Positions 61,529 through 64,000 of a DNA stretch of 64,000 bases are shown one piece after another. Numbering within the stretch: position 1 is the first letter of the stretch; each line of letters opens with the position of its first letter. Below the pieces are notes generated by a model. It searched no databases. It saw only the letters and a list, made by a program, of their open reading frames with translations, and was not told the origin of the DNA. The position numbers and the translations under genes are program-made. The DNA lies in the NCBI GenBank assembly GCA_963719315.1, contig CAVRBU010000011.1, positions 128,001-192,000 of the forward strand. Reading direction: 5' to 3'. Source of the stretch: an uncultured Planctomycetota bacterium (GTDB lineage: Bacteria > Planctomycetota > Planctomycetia > Pirellulales > Lacipirellulaceae).

Positions 61529-62210
61529 CACGCGGAGAGTTTTGCGCGAGGACTTCGCGCAATGGAATTCGCAAGTCGTTGGGCGGCAAGGGAGTACGAT
61601 TGTGCGGACGCGTGAAAATTTTTTTTCGCGTGCAAAAGTCCTCCTTTTTGCGCGGCGCTCAGGCAACCAACCGCTGGAAATCCAGTGGTATGAGCGTGCG
61701 CGGGACGTGCAATAATAGGCGAGTTTGCTCTCTAAGAAGTTCGTTCCTGGCAGGATTTAGCGGTTCGCCAGAGCGGTCGAGCCTTGAAAATGTGGCGATT
61801 TTCGTGGCGTTTTGAGCAGCTCCGGCCCTTCGGCCAGCTTTGGGCAAAAAGGTGCGAGGGGGCGGGAGACTATCTTTGCCGCAGACGAACCTGGCCCGAC
61901 CGTGGCCCGAACCACAGGATGCATTCCTGCCGTGTCGTCCATGAAGTAAGAGTCTCACGCAGAGGGCGTAGAGAGGTTTGTCCTAAGGCATGCCTCTCAG
62001 CGAGCTCTGCGTGAGCCTTCTCTTGGACGACGCCGATAGGCACGCAGATTCCAATACGCGGCAAGGGTGCTACGCGCGTTTCAGGCACAGCCTGAGCTAC
62101 CTGGGAAAAGTCGCTATGCTGGATTGTCAAAGAGCGATGGGTGGGGTACAGCGTGGTAGGCAGCGTAGCACACTCGTATACGGAGTTCCACACTTATTTT
62201 TGGCCAGCTA
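61529..62210 (-). repeat. Long non-coding element, copy 2
   Basis: Reverse complement aligns with 20461-21257; lacks the heptamer expansion. Confidence 0.9.
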
Positions 62211-62833
62211 CAGATTCAATTGATTCGTTCTGAAGTCGGTAGTTGTCGGGACAGCCGCGACGGGTGGCACGCGTAAGTTGATCGGGCAGCGAATGGATGG
62301 GTTACTTCATCTGGGAGCTATCCACGGTTCCCGGATCCTTTTTCGAACGTTGACCCCAAGGATTCTTGAGTCAGTAGGGACGAACGGAATTCCAACTTAT
62401 CCGACGTTGCCCGACGCTGGTCGCTGGCTAAAACCATCCGAAAGGCGAAGTCGAGCGGTGCCGAGAAGCTAATTTTCGATGAGTACTCGGCACTTTGTTT
62501 TCCAAGATGAGTTTAGAAACTTGTTCACACGAAGACTATTGGCCAAAACGACTTACGACGATTAGCCCCGTCAAACCAACCATTTTCGGCACCGTGTTCC
62601 AATCTTCCCGCACGAGCCCAGCCGCCGACCCGAGAGCCGGGTTTAGTATTTGACAAATTGTTGGATCGTTGGATTGTTGGCAATCGCGGTGAAATCGCTT
62701 GACAGTGGGGGCCCGAACAACCACACTCGCACTGGACTTACTTTCCCCAGGTATAGCCCGAGGGCCACAGCGGCGCTGCGCCCAATAAACGACAGCGATT
62801 TTAAGCCACTCTATTTTTGTCCTGACCTGCCAT

Positions 62834-62908
62834 AAGGCATCGGTGCCTTGTTCCAGCTTGGGTTGACGATGCCCGGCGGGAAAAGCCGCCGATGCCTTTT
62901 TTGTTTTT
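62834..62908 (+). promoter_or_regulatory. Attenuator-like structured 5' leader
   Basis: Alternative stems and a T-rich tail about 40 nt upstream of the PEP-CTERM start. Confidence 0.5.
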
Positions 62909-62946
62909 CTAATATTCGTGATCTATCACCAATTGAAGGGTGGCTA

Positions 62947-63618
62947 ATGATGGCTATTTTGCGAATTCTGACCGTCTGCCTGGCAGCGGCTTTTGCGACG
63001 CCAGCTTGTGCGAACTTAATAACGAATGGTTCATTTGAATCGCCGATCGTGCCGGCTGGGTCAACGCTCAATTTTCCTGGCGGTTCGACCGGAATTCCCG
63101 GTTGGACGGCCGTCGGCGTCGATTCTGATTTAATTAGCACCACGTTTACGCAGAGTGGCGTCACGTTCAATGCTCAAGATGGCCAGCAATGGATCGACTT
63201 GGCCGGACATACTTCGAATTCCCAGACCAGCGGCGTGACGCAAAATATTGCCACGGTACTGGGCGGCCTTTATACGATTAGTTTCTATGTCGGGTCGGCG
63301 GACGATAACGTTAACAACTTCTTTTTCCCGTCGACGATCGATCTAAGCATCAACGGCGGCCCTCGCGCGCATTTCACAAACACGATTGCGCCGTCGAACC
63401 ATCTCGACTGGAAGCAATTCGTTGTGCCGTTTGTGGCCACGGGGACCTCTACCAATCTAACTTTTTACAACGGCGGGGCGAGCAACAATTTTTTGAGCGC
63501 GCTCGATAACGTAGTCGTAGTCCCGGAGCCTTTGTCACTCACGTTGTGCCTCTCTGCTTTGGTCTGTGGCGCAATTGGAACGCACATTCGGCGTCGAAAG
63601 GCCCGTGGCGGACGCTGA
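62947..63618 (+). CDS. PEP-CTERM protein with DUF642-like carbohydrate-binding fold
   Basis: ANLITNGSFESP, IPGW, WIDLAG, GVTQ, LDNV, VPEP + TM + RRRKAR. Confidence 0.92.
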   Translation: MMAILRILTVCLAAAFATPACANLITNGSFESPIVPAGSTLNFPGGSTGIPGWTAVGVDSDLISTTFTQSGVTFNAQDGQQWIDLAGHTSNSQTSGVTQNIATVLGGLYTISFYVGSADDNVNNFFFPSTIDLSINGGPRAHFTNTIAPSNHLDWKQFVVPFVATGTSTNLTFYNGGASNNFLSALDNVVVVPEPLSLTLCLSALVCGAIGTHIRRRKARGGR

Positions 63619-63661
63619 GTTCGTCGCAAGCAGTTCCACCGACCGCCGCCTCTTGGTGCGC

Positions 63662-63812
63662 CAAGCCACCGCACGGCCAATGTAGCCACGCGCGCACGTA
63701 CTTGCCGATGCGGACGCCGTCCGAACCCTGCTCATAAAGCTGGTTGATACGTTCGACGCACCCCGCCACGGTCTTGCGGGCGACGCCCGTCAGCCCCAGC
63801 ATCGAAGCGGAA
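63662..63812 (-). pseudogene. C-terminal remnant of a reverse transcriptase
   Basis: FRFDA/GLTGVARKTVAGCVERINQLYEQGSDGVRIGKYVRAWLHW.GGL resembles, from memory, the segment after GFDFLGY in a group-II-like bacterial RT family. The catalytic core is not present. Confidence 0.55.
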
Positions 63813-64000
63813 ACAGCGGTTTAGTCTCATCAACTCGTCAACGCGTGAGACAAACCGAAAACCACCGATTTCGAAACGGTGGGCAGCGTGGCGTCCGCAC
63901 GGCGCCGGCGACCCTGATCGCCCCTTATCGCCAGGCGTTCCAAAAGTCGTTGGCGCGACCGCTCGTGACACAGATTTTCCGTGCCGGAAACTCGTACGTT

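Noticed and set aside
104..61815. Long antisense ORFs (e.g. 104-880, 6643-8130, 11367-12905, 21094-22545, 29511-30848, 30964-32253, 60295-61815)
   Set aside because: Shadow ORFs of real genes in high-GC DNA, with no motifs.
20461..62210. 42-kb composite transposon or invertible segment bounded by the long inverted repeats
   Set aside because: The interior is housekeeping genes, there is no TSD and the copies are diverged. Independent insertions are more likely, although homologous inversion cannot be excluded.

Overview
64 kb of a high-GC Planctomycetota chromosome, probably Pirellulales. Support for this: DUF1549/DUF1553 and DUF1559 proteins, an ECF sigma/Ser-Thr kinase pair, PEP-CTERM proteins and FSLR-motif membrane proteins. 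Core genes include glnA, scpB, rpe, accD, xerC, bshB1, pntA(1), an RNase Z-like gene, scpA, and an exosortase/EpsI/Wza/Wzc cluster. Mobile DNA includes a cargo-carrying IS1-like element (~1.7-6.2 kb) with a nested IS5, a complete IS21, a REP-flanked HUH/Y1 (RAYT-like) transposase, transposase and reverse-transcriptase remnants, and several REP/heptamer repeat families, some inserted in-frame in genes. The most unusual signal is a ~0.7-0.8 kb apparently non-coding, structured element present twice in inverted orientation (20461-21257 and 61529-62210). Each copy has a boxA-like motif and a conserved outer end, followed by accessory cargo transcribed away from it; one cargo gene abuts an RT remnant. 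Many single-base frameshifts in conserved genes suggest indel errors in the assembly, so pseudogene calls are provisional. No rRNA, tRNA or CRISPR array was recognised. All calls come from reading the sequence; no database searches were run.
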